From: a virus
Taxonomy: Duplodnaviria; Caudoviricetes
DNA: 64,000 nucleotides
Reading direction: 5' to 3' (one strand)
IMG/VR virus record: IMGVR_UViG_3300028591_000012
Location: 32,001-96,000 of that record
Part shown: piece by piece, positions 21,673-31,635 of the stretch
Layout of the letters: each line of letters begins with the position of its first letter
How positions within the stretch are numbered: position 1 is the stretch's first letter
Translations under genes and position numbers: made by a program
Notes under the pieces: generated by a model
The model's input: only the letters and a program-made list of their open reading frames with translations
Told to the model about the DNA's origin: nothing
The model's database searches: none

Positions 21673-22002
21673 ATGGCTGAGACAAAAGAACCTTTTGAAG
21701 TAGCAAAAGATTATACTAATGGCTTTCATCTTACAAAGGAAGACTTGAAAGAAAAACGTGCTGAGATTTATGCACAGATTGAATACCTTCTTAATATGCT
21801 TAAGCAGATTGATGAAGTTGAAGATGCCGGTGCAGATGTAATGTCAGTTCAGGAAGTAAAGGAATACCTTAAGCTTGATTCAATTGACCCAAGAATGGAT
21901 GTACCTAAAGACATTCCAAGAATAAGAATGGGTGTAGGATATGTCTATTACAGAAAAGATGTAAAGCATTTCCTTGATTCACGAAGGAGAGGCGGAAAAT
22001 GA
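21673..22002 (+). CDS. Protein with C-terminal excisionase-like HTH
   Basis: VMSVQEVKEYLKL...IPRIRMG...YYRKDV. Confidence 0.55.
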   Translation: MAETKEPFEVAKDYTNGFHLTKEDLKEKRAEIYAQIEYLLNMLKQIDEVEDAGADVMSVQEVKEYLKLDSIDPRMDVPKDIPRIRMGVGYVYYRKDVKHFLDSRRRGGK

Positions 22003-22182
22003 AAAAGAAGGAATTTATTGTTGTAGTAGAAATGCCTGACGGTACACAACAGGAGTTTATTACTTTTGAAGAAGTAGAGATTGGAGCTTTTTTCAAAGGT
22101 GGAAAGGTCTTAGATTGTAGAAATCTTAAGAAAAAGTTTGTATAATATAATTATCTCGTCTGCAAGTGTAGACGGAGTTTCT

Positions 22183-22220
22183 AAGGGCGGTGACTAACGA
22201 CTTCACCGCCCTTTGTATTT
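22183..22220. terminator. Terminator between convergent blocks
   Basis: AAGGGCGGTGA...TCACCGCCCTT hairpin followed by a T-rich tract. Confidence 0.75.
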
Positions 22221-22634
22221 TTAATAATAATAAATGTAATATTCCTGCAAAGTACCAGTCTTTACGGTTTGAGAAGAAGTAAGAGTATCTACAAAACGTC
22301 TCTTAAAATGATTACCGCCTGTTTTTGGGTTGAGCCATTTCTCAACAGTAAACTCATTGTTTTTTATCACAGAAGGAAGTTCTTTTACAATTTTTCTTTT
22401 GAAATTCTTTCCTGTAAACTTATTCAAAATCATTAAAGAATCATTTACAGTATAATCTTCTGCAAGCCATTTATTTGCCTTTGATTTTTGTATTACATCA
22501 ATTAAATCGACAGGCTTTCCATTAACTTCTTCTATGATTGTACAGATACAAAGAAAAAGGCAGCCGCAATCATTGATAAACTTTAATTTAGACTGTATTC
22601 CTTTATATCTGGTTTTAATCTCATTAAGTGTCAT
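22221..22634 (-). CDS. DUF261-like Cys/His protein, possible peptidase or endolysin
   Basis: IQ...GCLFLC and HF motifs resemble spirochaete DUF261/papain-like proteins; lies in the lysis block. Confidence 0.4.
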   Translation of the reverse strand: MTLNEIKTRYKGIQSKLKFINDCGCLFLCICTIIEEVNGKPVDLIDVIQKSKANKWLAEDYTVNDSLMILNKFTGKNFKRKIVKELPSVIKNNEFTVEKWLNPKTGGNHFKRRFVDTLTSSQTVKTGTLQEYYIYYY

Positions 22635-22861
22635 TTACACTCTCCTACAATGCGTGTTACATCATCACCCCACTTTTCCCACTCCTGGACTAAATGCTCG
22701 TAATAGTTTACGAGTTCAGCTACGTCCTTTACTGAGGTTACATCGGGCATTGTTTCACGCTGAGGCTTTGGAGGAAGTACTACGTCTTTACTCGGAAGGG
22801 ACCGGCACCCTAGTGTTGTTAATGGCAACAATAGTATTGATAATATCAAGAACTTCTTCAT
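22631..22861 (-). CDS. o-spanin-like lipoprotein
   Basis: MKKFLILSILLLPLTTLGC lipobox, Pro-rich linker, overlaps the upstream TM/coiled-coil gene in another frame. Confidence 0.65.
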   Translation of the reverse strand: MKKFLILSILLLPLTTLGCRSLPSKDVVLPPKPQRETMPDVTSVKDVAELVNYYEHLVQEWEKWGDDVTRIVGECK

Positions 22862-23087
22862 CTGTTTTAGCCTCCTGTATGTCACGGTCAGTTTCCTTTC
22901 TGTCTTTTTCAATGGCAGCTATTTCCTGAGCGTGCTGATAAAGGTAAATGATGTTTTTCTGCTGATTTTCATTTTCTTCTTTAAGTTTCTTGTTTTCGTC
23001 TGACTGTTTCTTAAGTACATTGATTGTAAGAAACAGAGCAAGTACTAAACAAAGAATTATAAGTGAAAGGATAATTGTTATGCTCAT
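22788..23087 (-). CDS. i-spanin-like protein
   Basis: N-terminal TM followed by coiled coil; overlaps the lipoprotein gene (Rz/Rz1-like layout). Confidence 0.6.
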   Translation of the reverse strand: MSITIILSLIILCLVLALFLTINVLKKQSDENKKLKEENENQQKNIIYLYQHAQEIAAIEKDRKETDRDIQEAKTDEEVLDIINTIVAINNTRVPVPSE

Positions 23088-23689
23088 TGTTCGCCTCCTA
23101 CTCCTGCAATCTTGCGAGCATTGAAATAAAGCTCACTGAAAATGCGTTTGTATTCATCTATTGAAATTGAATCAAGAATGTGTGGCAGGTCATACTGTGG
23201 AAGCTGTACATTGTATGTATAAAGATTGGCCTTTACGCTTCTATAATATCCTGTAGCCTTAGCATCCGAATATTTAGTAAGCTCCAAATCACCTTTCTCT
23301 GTAATGTGGTTTCTTGTAAGGTCATTCTTTACTTCGTAATTAAGCTTTCCCTCTATTAAATGAGCTATATCTTCAAGAATGAAAAGCTCAGTCTGGTCAG
23401 TAATTTTGAATAACTGTCTGCCCTGCTCGTATATATCAATCCATATCTTTTTAAGCAGATTATGAGCATTGCTTGTCTGATTATCGAGAGTGTTTTTACC
23501 TTCAGTTCTGTAGAGTTCTCTCTGCGAGCTGGTTACAATCTCAATATCTTTCAGTTTTACATCGCGGTTCTTGAGAATCCAGAACACGATTATTACAACA
23601 GAGGCTGCAAGAAAAGCAATAATTAAAAGCAGCCCGAAAAGGAATATCGGTGGAAGCCTACCGATAGCATCAATGCTCTTCTCCACTTC
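23084..23689 (-). CDS. Single-TM membrane protein in the lysis block (holin/antiholin candidate)
   Basis: Long hydrophobic segment then a soluble domain; start taken at MEVEK after GGAGG. Confidence 0.5.
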   Translation of the reverse strand, partial: EVEKSIDAIGRLPPIFLFGLLLIIAFLAASVVIIVFWILKNRDVKLKDIEIVTSSQRELYRTEGKNTLDNQTSNAHNLLKKIWIDIYEQGRQLFKITDQTELFILEDIAHLIEGKLNYEVKNDLTRNHITEKGDLELTKYSDAKATGYYRSVKANLYTYNVQLPQYDLPHILDSISIDEYKRIFSELYFNARKIAGVGGEQ

Positions 23690-23975
23690 CATCTTGTACC
23701 TCCTCTTTATTCTTGCCAATCTTTTCTACGAGAAACTGTATAAGTTTTTGAAAAGCCTTGAAGATTGTGTCATAGAAAAGAGTAGCACCTGTTACGGCTA
23801 CCCAAACCTGCATTGCTTTCAAAGGAAGATATAATGCCGCAATTGCAACTCCGGCTCCCACAACAAGTGTTACCAAAGTCCATACACGTTTACCGCCCTT
23901 GTCCACAAGATTCTTGATTACACCTACGGTTCCAACGATTGCTACCATAGTCCAGATTAAAAGCTCACTCTGCAT
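23670..23975 (-). CDS. Holin-like three-TM protein
   Basis: Three short TMs and a charged C-terminal tail, upstream of the spanin-like pair. Confidence 0.55.
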   Translation of the reverse strand: MQSELLIWTMVAIVGTVGVIKNLVDKGGKRVWTLVTLVVGAGVAIAALYLPLKAMQVWVAVTGATLFYDTIFKAFQKLIQFLVEKIGKNKEEVQDGSGEEH

Positions 23976-24172
23976 TATCGACCTCCTGCTTTTGTGATTC
24001 TTCGGTTCAGTACATCAAGGTACTGTTCCATATATCCTACCTGTGCTTCCAACAGGTTCATATCTTCCTGATCCGTGCCAAAAGGTTGATTTTCAACAGC
24101 TTTTTTAGCTCTTTTAATCTTACCTTCCAAGTCTTCCCTTTCCTGCAACATTCTTTTTAGATATTCAGGCAT
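23975..24172 (-). CDS. Small coiled-coil phage protein (crAss001_48-like)
   Basis: YLKRMLQEREDL...LLEAQVGYMEQYLDVLNRRI pattern. Confidence 0.5.
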   Translation of the reverse strand: MPEYLKRMLQEREDLEGKIKRAKKAVENQPFGTDQEDMNLLEAQVGYMEQYLDVLNRRITKAGGR

Positions 24173-24458
24173 AAAGTCTCCTTATTCTATTTCTGTGTAA
24201 TTAAACTCATCATACTCTTTTTCTGTAAGTGGTTTTCCTTCTGTGAAGTCTACGCAATCGGTTCGTGCGGTGTAAGTAAACAAATCCTGCTGCAAACAGA
24301 AACCGTAACGTTCACCGTACTTGATTCCACAGTCAACCCAGGATGTACATTTACTGCAAATTATTTCCTGCATAGTTTTATATTAGAGTGAATAAATAGT
24401 GAGCTTAATTTTTAAGCGTGTTTTTTTTCCGTGTTACGCTTTGAGCGAGGTACGAAAT

Positions 24459-25550
24459 ATGACACCTGTATGTTCAAAGTGTAAATATCTGACAGACAAG
24501 AGCGTAAGATTCAGAAAGTGTGCGCGTATTCCTATTTTTTATCCTGATATGCTCTGCTGTAATGAAAAGAATATGGTTAAGGATAATGTAACCGGCGAAA
24601 GCTACACTCCTTACTGTGAAGAAGTAAACCGTCACGCAGAATGTCTTGAATACTATCCTTCAGGTCTTGAGAAACCAGCCATTACTTTCTTTGATGTTGA
24701 TAACACTCTTGCCGTTTATGGAGATTCTCAGTTTGTCATTACTTACGATGGAACTGAGCCGAACTCAAAAATGGAAGCCGTAGGTGAATACGATGATGAA
24801 CAGAAAGTTTATGTTTATGAGACAGTTCTTGAACATTCCTGTATCGTAAAGGCCGCCTGTGTACTTGATGATGTCATTTCTGAAGTTGTTGAATATAAGG
24901 TTGAAATTGCTGACGTACCTGTAATCACTTTTGATAAGGCAACAAATACCGTAACGATAGATTCATATAACGAAGTTCACTACACAACAGACGGAACAAC
25001 CGTTACCGATGAATCTCCTTTATACGAAGGACCGTTTGTAATCGACCATAACCTTACAGTAAAATGCCGTTCTTACTATAAAGATGAATACTCTGAAGAA
25101 GTTTCTCTTGAATGTATTTCAGTTGAGCCGCCAGTAATTACCTTTGACGCTGATACAAATACAGTAACGATTACCGCAGATGATACAATCCTCTACTCTA
25201 CTGACGGAAGCGATATTTATGATGATTCTGACCAGTATGTTGCTCCGTTTGTAATCGACAGAAATACAGTTGTAAAGGCAGCCTGTATTGTTGACGGTGA
25301 ACTTTCAGAGCAGGCAGAAAAAGAATGTAAGGTTCCTACTACGCCTGTAATCTCTTTTGATACACGAACAGCTACGGTTACGATTACTTCCGAAAATCCT
25401 GTCTTGTATACAACAGACGGAAGCGACGTAAAGAAGAAAGACGAAGAATACAAAGGTCCGTTCAAGATTACACAGACTACAACTATTAAAGCCAAGTCTA
25501 TTGTAGATGACAGATTATCTGCTCAGGCAGAAAGAGAGTGCGTAATTTAA
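24459..25550 (+). CDS. Protein with four Fn3-associated/chitobiase C-terminal-like Ig repeats and a Cys-rich N-terminus
   Basis: Four P-x-I-T-F...Y-T-T-D-G...Y-x-G-P-F repeats; start taken at MTPVC after GAGG. Confidence 0.75.
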   Translation: MTPVCSKCKYLTDKSVRFRKCARIPIFYPDMLCCNEKNMVKDNVTGESYTPYCEEVNRHAECLEYYPSGLEKPAITFFDVDNTLAVYGDSQFVITYDGTEPNSKMEAVGEYDDEQKVYVYETVLEHSCIVKAACVLDDVISEVVEYKVEIADVPVITFDKATNTVTIDSYNEVHYTTDGTTVTDESPLYEGPFVIDHNLTVKCRSYYKDEYSEEVSLECISVEPPVITFDADTNTVTITADDTILYSTDGSDIYDDSDQYVAPFVIDRNTVVKAACIVDGELSEQAEKECKVPTTPVISFDTRTATVTITSENPVLYTTDGSDVKKKDEEYKGPFKITQTTTIKAKSIVDDRLSAQAERECVI

Positions 25551-25686
25551 GCTCACATTTTTTCTCCACTATCCTCTTCTTAAAGAACAATGATAATTTG
25601 CTGAGTTTTATCATTGCTTTTTAGTAATGGTTTTTAAGCCCATCTGTAACTCAGCAACAGGTGGGTTTTCTTTTTCAGGAGCTTAG

Positions 25687-26445
25687 ATGAGTTTTAATCT
25701 TGTTCACGAAGACTGCTATGAGTTTATACCTACACTTGAAGATAAATCTGTAAATCTTATCGTAACTGATCCGCCGTATAAACTAGGTAACACTAAGGGG
25801 GGGGGCTTGTATAAACTTATTGATGGTGGCTCTCAGGAAGATAACCCTTATAACCGCAAAGCTACTAATGCGATAACACAATTAAAGTCTCTTGATTCTG
25901 TAGATTTTGACGCTACAAAATTTCTCAATTTGATTAAACCAAAGATGAAACAGTTCTACGGTTATTTCTTCTGTAATAAGTTACTGATACCTGAATACTT
26001 AAACTTTGCTGTAGAAAATAAATATTCCTTCGATATATTAGCACTTCTAAAAGCAAACCCGATTCCTGCGAGAAATAATCATTTCTTACCAGATATGGAA
26101 TACTGCATTATGATTCGTGAAGGCGGTACTTATTGGTCAAAAGACGCAAAATTTGATGATTACAGAAAATATTATACAGTTCCTTGCTGTGGTAAGCGAT
26201 TACATCCTGCAGAAAAACCTGTCGAGTTTCTTGAACGTTTTGTACGTGTAAGCTGTCCTGAAGACGGTCTTGTATTTGACCCTTTCAGTGGAAGTGGTAG
26301 TACAGGAATTGCCTGTCTGAGAAATGGCAGGAACTTTCTTGGTTGTGAAAAGGACCAAAAGTTCTTTGAGCTTGCAAATAAAAGATTAAAAGATTTTGAA
26401 GATGATTTGAACGGTGTTGGCGGACTGTTCGAGGGGATTGAATGA
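25687..26445 (+). CDS. DNA amino-methyltransferase (beta class)
   Basis: DPPY, HPAEKP, DPFSGSGST. Confidence 0.92.
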   Translation: MSFNLVHEDCYEFIPTLEDKSVNLIVTDPPYKLGNTKGGGLYKLIDGGSQEDNPYNRKATNAITQLKSLDSVDFDATKFLNLIKPKMKQFYGYFFCNKLLIPEYLNFAVENKYSFDILALLKANPIPARNNHFLPDMEYCIMIREGGTYWSKDAKFDDYRKYYTVPCCGKRLHPAEKPVEFLERFVRVSCPEDGLVFDPFSGSGSTGIACLRNGRNFLGCEKDQKFFELANKRLKDFEDDLNGVGGLFEGIE

Positions 26446-27356
26446 CAGAACACGAGTTTACGTTAGCAGACAGAATTGCAAAGATTAAGAGCATAAATGA
26501 GCAGTATGATTTAGAGCATAATGGTTATATCTCATTTAGCGGTGGTAAGGATTCTACTGTACTACACTACCTCATTGATGAAGCTTTGCCGGAAAATAAA
26601 ATCCCTAGAGTATTTATAAACACAGGAATTGAATACAAACTTATCTTACAGTTTGTAAAGGAAATGGCTTCTAAAGATGACAGATTTGTAATATGGACTG
26701 TAGGAAAAGATATTAAAAATACGCTTTTGCGCGTAGGTATGCCTTTTAAGTCAAAAGAACATTCTCATAAACTTTACGCATATAAAAAAGGCTGGATTGG
26801 AGAATCTGTAAAAAAGTATTTTAAGCTTATTCCTAATGGATATATCACTTGTCCAAACAGTCTTATGTATCAGGTTGAAGACGATTTTACAATGAACATA
26901 TCTGACCAATGTTGTTATGAATTTAAAAAGAAACCAGCTTTAGATTATATGAAGCAAAGTGGACGTTTAATTACTCTTACAGGAATGATGAAAGCAGAAG
27001 GTGGTCAGCGTACTTCTTTGAATTGTATCGTTACAGATAAATCAGGAAAGCTTAAAAAGTTTCACCCTATGGCTGTTGTTTCTGATGAGTGGGAAAAATG
27101 GTACATAGAACACAAGAGTATCCAATTGGCTTTGCAAATTAACGCTGTATGGACAGCCAATGCAGCCTGACCTTTTGAAATTGTATGGTGGGTAATAAAG
27201 CTTAGCCAATTGGATACTCTTGAGCAGGTTGCACCTACAGAGAGAAAAAGAGCCGAATGGTTATGGAAGCCAGTTTATGATGAATATAGACGTATTGGTT
27301 ATAGATTAAGAAAAGAAAATAAAGAAGAACAAAGTTTGTTCAAGGATTTAGAATGA
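26442..27356 (+). pseudogene. PAPS-reductase-family (PP-loop) protein, truncated in this orientation by an internal 72-bp inversion; 304 aa if flipped
   Basis: SFSGGKDS PP-loop, CC...KK motif; the reverse complement of 27132-27203 encodes KLYYPPYNFKRSGCIGCPY in frame; the frame then continues to TGA at 27356. Confidence 0.85.
27113..27222. repeat. Perfect 19-bp inverted repeat flanking a 72-bp invertible segment
   Basis: CAAGAGTATCCAATTGGCT (27113-27131) and AGCCAATTGGATACTCTTG (27204-27222). Confidence 0.95.
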
Positions 27357-27721
27357 AAATAAATAGAAATATATTACCTGACAGTGTAATGGTACTTGGA
27401 ACTAAGTATAAGATATTCTACGAGACAGAAGCTCAGCAGCCTAAGATGAAAGGCAATGACGGTTACTGCGAAGCTGTTGCTAAAGAAATACACATTGCAA
27501 GAGATTTGTTTGTTCCAAAAGATGACCCGATGTTACTGAAGGACCTTGCTGAATACGGAAGAACTGTAATAAGGCACGAAATTGTTCACGCTTTCTTCAT
27601 TGAATCAGGACTTGCTCAGAACAGTTCTTATGCAGAAAATGAAGAACTTGTAGACTGGATTGCAAGACAATTTCCTAAGATGGCAGAGTGTTTTGCAAAG
27701 GCAGGTGTAACAGGAAAATGA
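27353..27721 (+). CDS. HExxH-motif phage protein
   Basis: RHEIVHAF...NEELVDWIA. Confidence 0.65.
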   Translation: MKINRNILPDSVMVLGTKYKIFYETEAQQPKMKGNDGYCEAVAKEIHIARDLFVPKDDPMLLKDLAEYGRTVIRHEIVHAFFIESGLAQNSSYAENEELVDWIARQFPKMAECFAKAGVTGK

Positions 27722-28380
27722 CACGCCAGCAGATAGCAGAGTCTTTAGACCTTCACATTAACTATGTAAACTCAGCTTTTGAAGCCGCGATTAAAGAGCA
27801 TCCTGAACTTGACCTCTATGACCCTTCCATAAACAACAGAAAAGGTATGGGGGCAGATTATACTCTTGAACAGGTTATGCTTGCTATGAGTTATCTTAGA
27901 GACGGTAAAGGATTATCTGAACTTGAAAAAATTATGCTTGAAGAAGACTTTACTATGAGGGAGCCTGAAAAGGTAAAGGCAATAGGTATAGAAGGAACTG
28001 AGGAATTTTTGAAGAAGGTAGCTAACTACCCTAAGAAGAAATGCTGTTCAACCTGTGCTTTCTGTACTAAGGCTGCAATGCGAAACAGAAAGCCGGTTAT
28101 GAAGCCTTACTGCAACTTCTGGAAGCGTTTTCTTCATAGAATGAAAACAGATAAAGGAACAATGCCCTCACCTTACAATGAATGGTGTAATCAGTGGGAA
28201 TATTCAGGTAAGGAACCGCTTATATTCTATACAGCAGATTCACCTGCCAACTTGGATATTTACGGTAATGTTAGAAATGAAGTTATGGGATTTGATGTTT
28301 CAGTTTTCGGTAAAGATTCTAAGGAAGTGAAGCTTGTTACTGATGTAGGTATGGACGTGTTGCCGGATTTTGAAGATTAG
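27718..28380 (+). CDS. Hypothetical protein with N-terminal HTH-like segment and Cys cluster
   Basis: MTRQQIAESLDL; CCSTCAFC. Confidence 0.55.
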   Translation: MTRQQIAESLDLHINYVNSAFEAAIKEHPELDLYDPSINNRKGMGADYTLEQVMLAMSYLRDGKGLSELEKIMLEEDFTMREPEKVKAIGIEGTEEFLKKVANYPKKKCCSTCAFCTKAAMRNRKPVMKPYCNFWKRFLHRMKTDKGTMPSPYNEWCNQWEYSGKEPLIFYTADSPANLDIYGNVRNEVMGFDVSVFGKDSKEVKLVTDVGMDVLPDFED

Positions 28381-29193
28381 TCTTTTTTATTCCACCGATA
28401 TTTACAGTCACAGACAGCATTTTCAGTAAATTCTTTAACTTGATTTAGAGCGTAGAACCTTTTGACTTTTCTTGCTCTATTTTGTTTTAAATAAGATGAA
28501 ATTAAAGTCGGGAACTTTGTAAGTTTTGATTTACAAGCATTAGAAAATCCTGTTCCGCCATAACAGGTCCATTTACCGTTATTATTCCAATCACGGTAAA
28601 AGTAGTCTACAGAGATGTAATTATTCTTTCTATAAAAAAGCATAGCCTGTTCGTTAGAAAGTCTTTTCTTTTTTGTCTCATAAATTATAACAGATGGATT
28701 CATAATTTTATCTCCTTTAATTCATCAATACAAACCATTTTAAAACCTACCCTCTTGCCGAAGTCTGGGGAAGTTTCTGCAATTTCTTTGCGTTTTTTCC
28801 ATTTGTTTGTACAACTAAGACAAAGACACTGGTGCCAGTCTGAAGCTTGATACAGAAGATTTTCTTTTACATACTCCTCGTCAAAAGGAATAATCCGGCC
28901 ACAGGAATTACATCGTAGTTTATTTTTCTTTATCATTATAAAATCCTTACAAAAACTGGTCTGCCTGTTTTTTGTTGATGTTCATATAATTTAAGTTTTC
29001 TGTAAGATTCTTGTATATATTCTTCGTTTATTATACAGTCAACTTCCTTTTTAAGACGTTCTTTTGTATCTTCAGAGGTTTTAATAGAATTTATGATTTT
29101 TATAATTTCTTCTTTCATTCTTTATCTCTTACTACAATTTTAATGTCTTGCTGAGTAACCACCGAAACAAACTCCTATATTCATATCTACCTC

Positions 29194-29733
29194 TTAAATT
29201 ATGTTTATTTGACAGGAAGCCATTACGTCTAAAGCGTGTTCGTGTTTTTCTTTTGTAAGTCCGGCACAACCGTCTTTGAATACATAGATTTCAGAATTAG
29301 GACAGGCAGCTTTAATAATAAGGGCATTAGATATTACACAGATGTCTGTGCAAGTGCCACAGAGATAAATTTCTTCTTCTTCATCAAGAATAATGTCTTC
29401 CCAACCTACAATATTGGCATTTCTTTCAAAGTAACCATCAAATAAACCAAACTGATTTTTATAAAAAACATACTCTTCTTTTGTGGGTTTAAGTTCATCA
29501 ACAATTTCCCAGCCTTCTGTATCTTTAATACAGTGAGGTACAGGAAGATGTTTGCCTTCTAAGGTGTTGAGATAGTTCTCAAAATGAGTATCTTTTGTGT
29601 AGATTACCCTGCCTTCTTTTCTAAACTCAGCTATCTTTTCCTTAATAAAAGGAATAATCTTCTGAGCTTCAGGATTTGCCAAAGCACCTGTTACAAAGTC
29701 GTTCTGCATATCAATTACTACAAGTGTTTTCAT
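29194..29733 (-). CDS. Nicotinamidase/isochorismatase-family hydrolase (PncA-like)
   Basis: VIDMQNDF, DTH, HCIKDTEGW, K, GTCTDICV catalytic motifs. Confidence 0.88.
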   Translation of the reverse strand: MKTLVVIDMQNDFVTGALANPEAQKIIPFIKEKIAEFRKEGRVIYTKDTHFENYLNTLEGKHLPVPHCIKDTEGWEIVDELKPTKEEYVFYKNQFGLFDGYFERNANIVGWEDIILDEEEEIYLCGTCTDICVISNALIIKAACPNSEIYVFKDGCAGLTKEKHEHALDVMASCQINII

Positions 29734-31176
29734 TCAATTCTCCTTAATATAATTCTAAACTTGAGCTTGCCTTAGTTTTCATTCCAGTGCCTGTTATTTT
29801 AGTAATAACTTTTACGCCACACACCACGTCTTCGTTATATCTGATTTCCCACTTGTATCCACCGATAACACCTTGATATTCAGCTATGGTAAAGCCGGCC
29901 CAGCATCCAAACGGAATATGATTTTTCTTACAGTATTCCTTACATTTCTTTATCATATATGAGTCGACTTTCTTCTGAAGCTTCTCCATAAATGTTTTAA
30001 GTTTATGTTCAGTAAAATCTTCAAACTTTAATCCCTCTAAAATCTTATCAAACTCAGACTTTTTCCATTCTACAGAAATATTGCCGCAGCGAGGTTCAGA
30101 AGGACAGTAAGTAGGCATTTCTTTTTCAGGAACATTTAATTCAACATCTAATTTGTCAGAGATTACTTTCGATAGAGGATTTCCGTTTACCATCAAATCG
30201 TATCTGCTGATTGGATGTATATCACTTAGACCTTTCATTTACTCTCCTTTTGGTAGGATTTTTTCTTTTTCTATCCAAGCAACATGCTGATTAGTGTCAT
30301 TATCAAAGTAATACCATTGACTAAAAACAGGATGCTTAAAACCTTCGTTTTCAAAATATATGGCTTCAAATAAATCATTGTCCTCTGTAAGAAGTAATAC
30401 ACGTGCATTGTTTTCAGGCATTTCACCCTTTGACGGATAGTGCCATTCATCTTTATGTTTATGACATAAACCGCTGCATCCGTGTTTAATTTTTGCCTTT
30501 ATCTCAGGGTACTGAACAGAGAATACATTATCAATCCAATCCTGGATTTCAAAATCAGCAAGCGTTTCATCGAGTTCTAATTCAACTATATTCATTCAAT
30601 TCCTCCATAATTCACTCTCTCTAATTTACGAGAATCGATTAATTTTCCGTTTCTGTATGTATCTAATCTCTATACATACATTTGTTTGAATAACATTTTC
30701 ATACGACAGATTGTCATAATTTCACCTTCAGAATCATAACCAACATAAGTTCTTACAAAATGAAGTAAAATCCATTTCCATAAAGGAATGATAAATGAAA
30801 CAAGTCTTTTATTCTGCATCCAGTTCTTCCTTCGTTTTAAGAGATAAATAAGGGCAGTGAATACTAAATCTAACGTTACTGTTTGCCAGTTCATTTATTA
30901 ATTTCTGATAACCGTCTTTATTAAGACATACATCTTTATGTTTACATTCGTCACATCTGTCATCAATTGCTCTATATTTAGGAGCGTTGTTATTATACTT
31001 TGGTTGTTCTTGGTTTTTACACAAAAGAGAAACGTCTGTAACCATATCAACAAATTCTGGTATTTCCTGTTTAATATTAATCTCTAATTTATTTTCTACA
31101 GTCTGCTCATATTTTTCTCTATTTTTACAAACCCAATAATGTATACATTGTTCTTTACAATCACTTATTACACCCA

Positions 31177-31635
31177 TTATGCAATCTCCTTGTACCTTTT
31201 ATTAAAACAATATTTCTGCTGATTAAAAAACTTATGGCATAAAATATAATTTACAAGTATTATTATTTCGCCTTGCAAATCTCTATCAGGCTTATCCTCC
31301 CATACATTACCACAAGGGTATTTGATTATCTTAAACTTTTTATTAATGTAATAAATCAATCCCCAATTATCTGGCACTTCTTCCTTCTTAATAAAATCAC
31401 CGTAACACACATAGAAGTATCTGCATCCAGCTTTCTTGTGGTCGGCTTGTCTGCACTTCTTTTTGAAATCAGCAAGGAAATCTGAACGACTCATTTTAAT
31501 TTCGTATATAGTACTTCTACCAGAACTATTCCAAGTAATAACATCTGGATTTTCCCACTTTCCTTTTACTTCCCATAAAGCAAAGGTCTGCACAAATTTT
31601 CTGGCAGTTGCTTCGCATAATTCTTCGTGGGTCAT
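31177..31635 (-). CDS. MmcB-like PD-(D/E)xK nuclease
   Basis: PDVI...YEIKMSRSDFLAD...YFY...EEVPDNWGL. Confidence 0.7.
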   Translation of the reverse strand: MTHEELCEATARKFVQTFALWEVKGKWENPDVITWNSSGRSTIYEIKMSRSDFLADFKKKCRQADHKKAGCRYFYVCYGDFIKKEEVPDNWGLIYYINKKFKIIKYPCGNVWEDKPDRDLQGEIIILVNYILCHKFFNQQKYCFNKRYKEIA

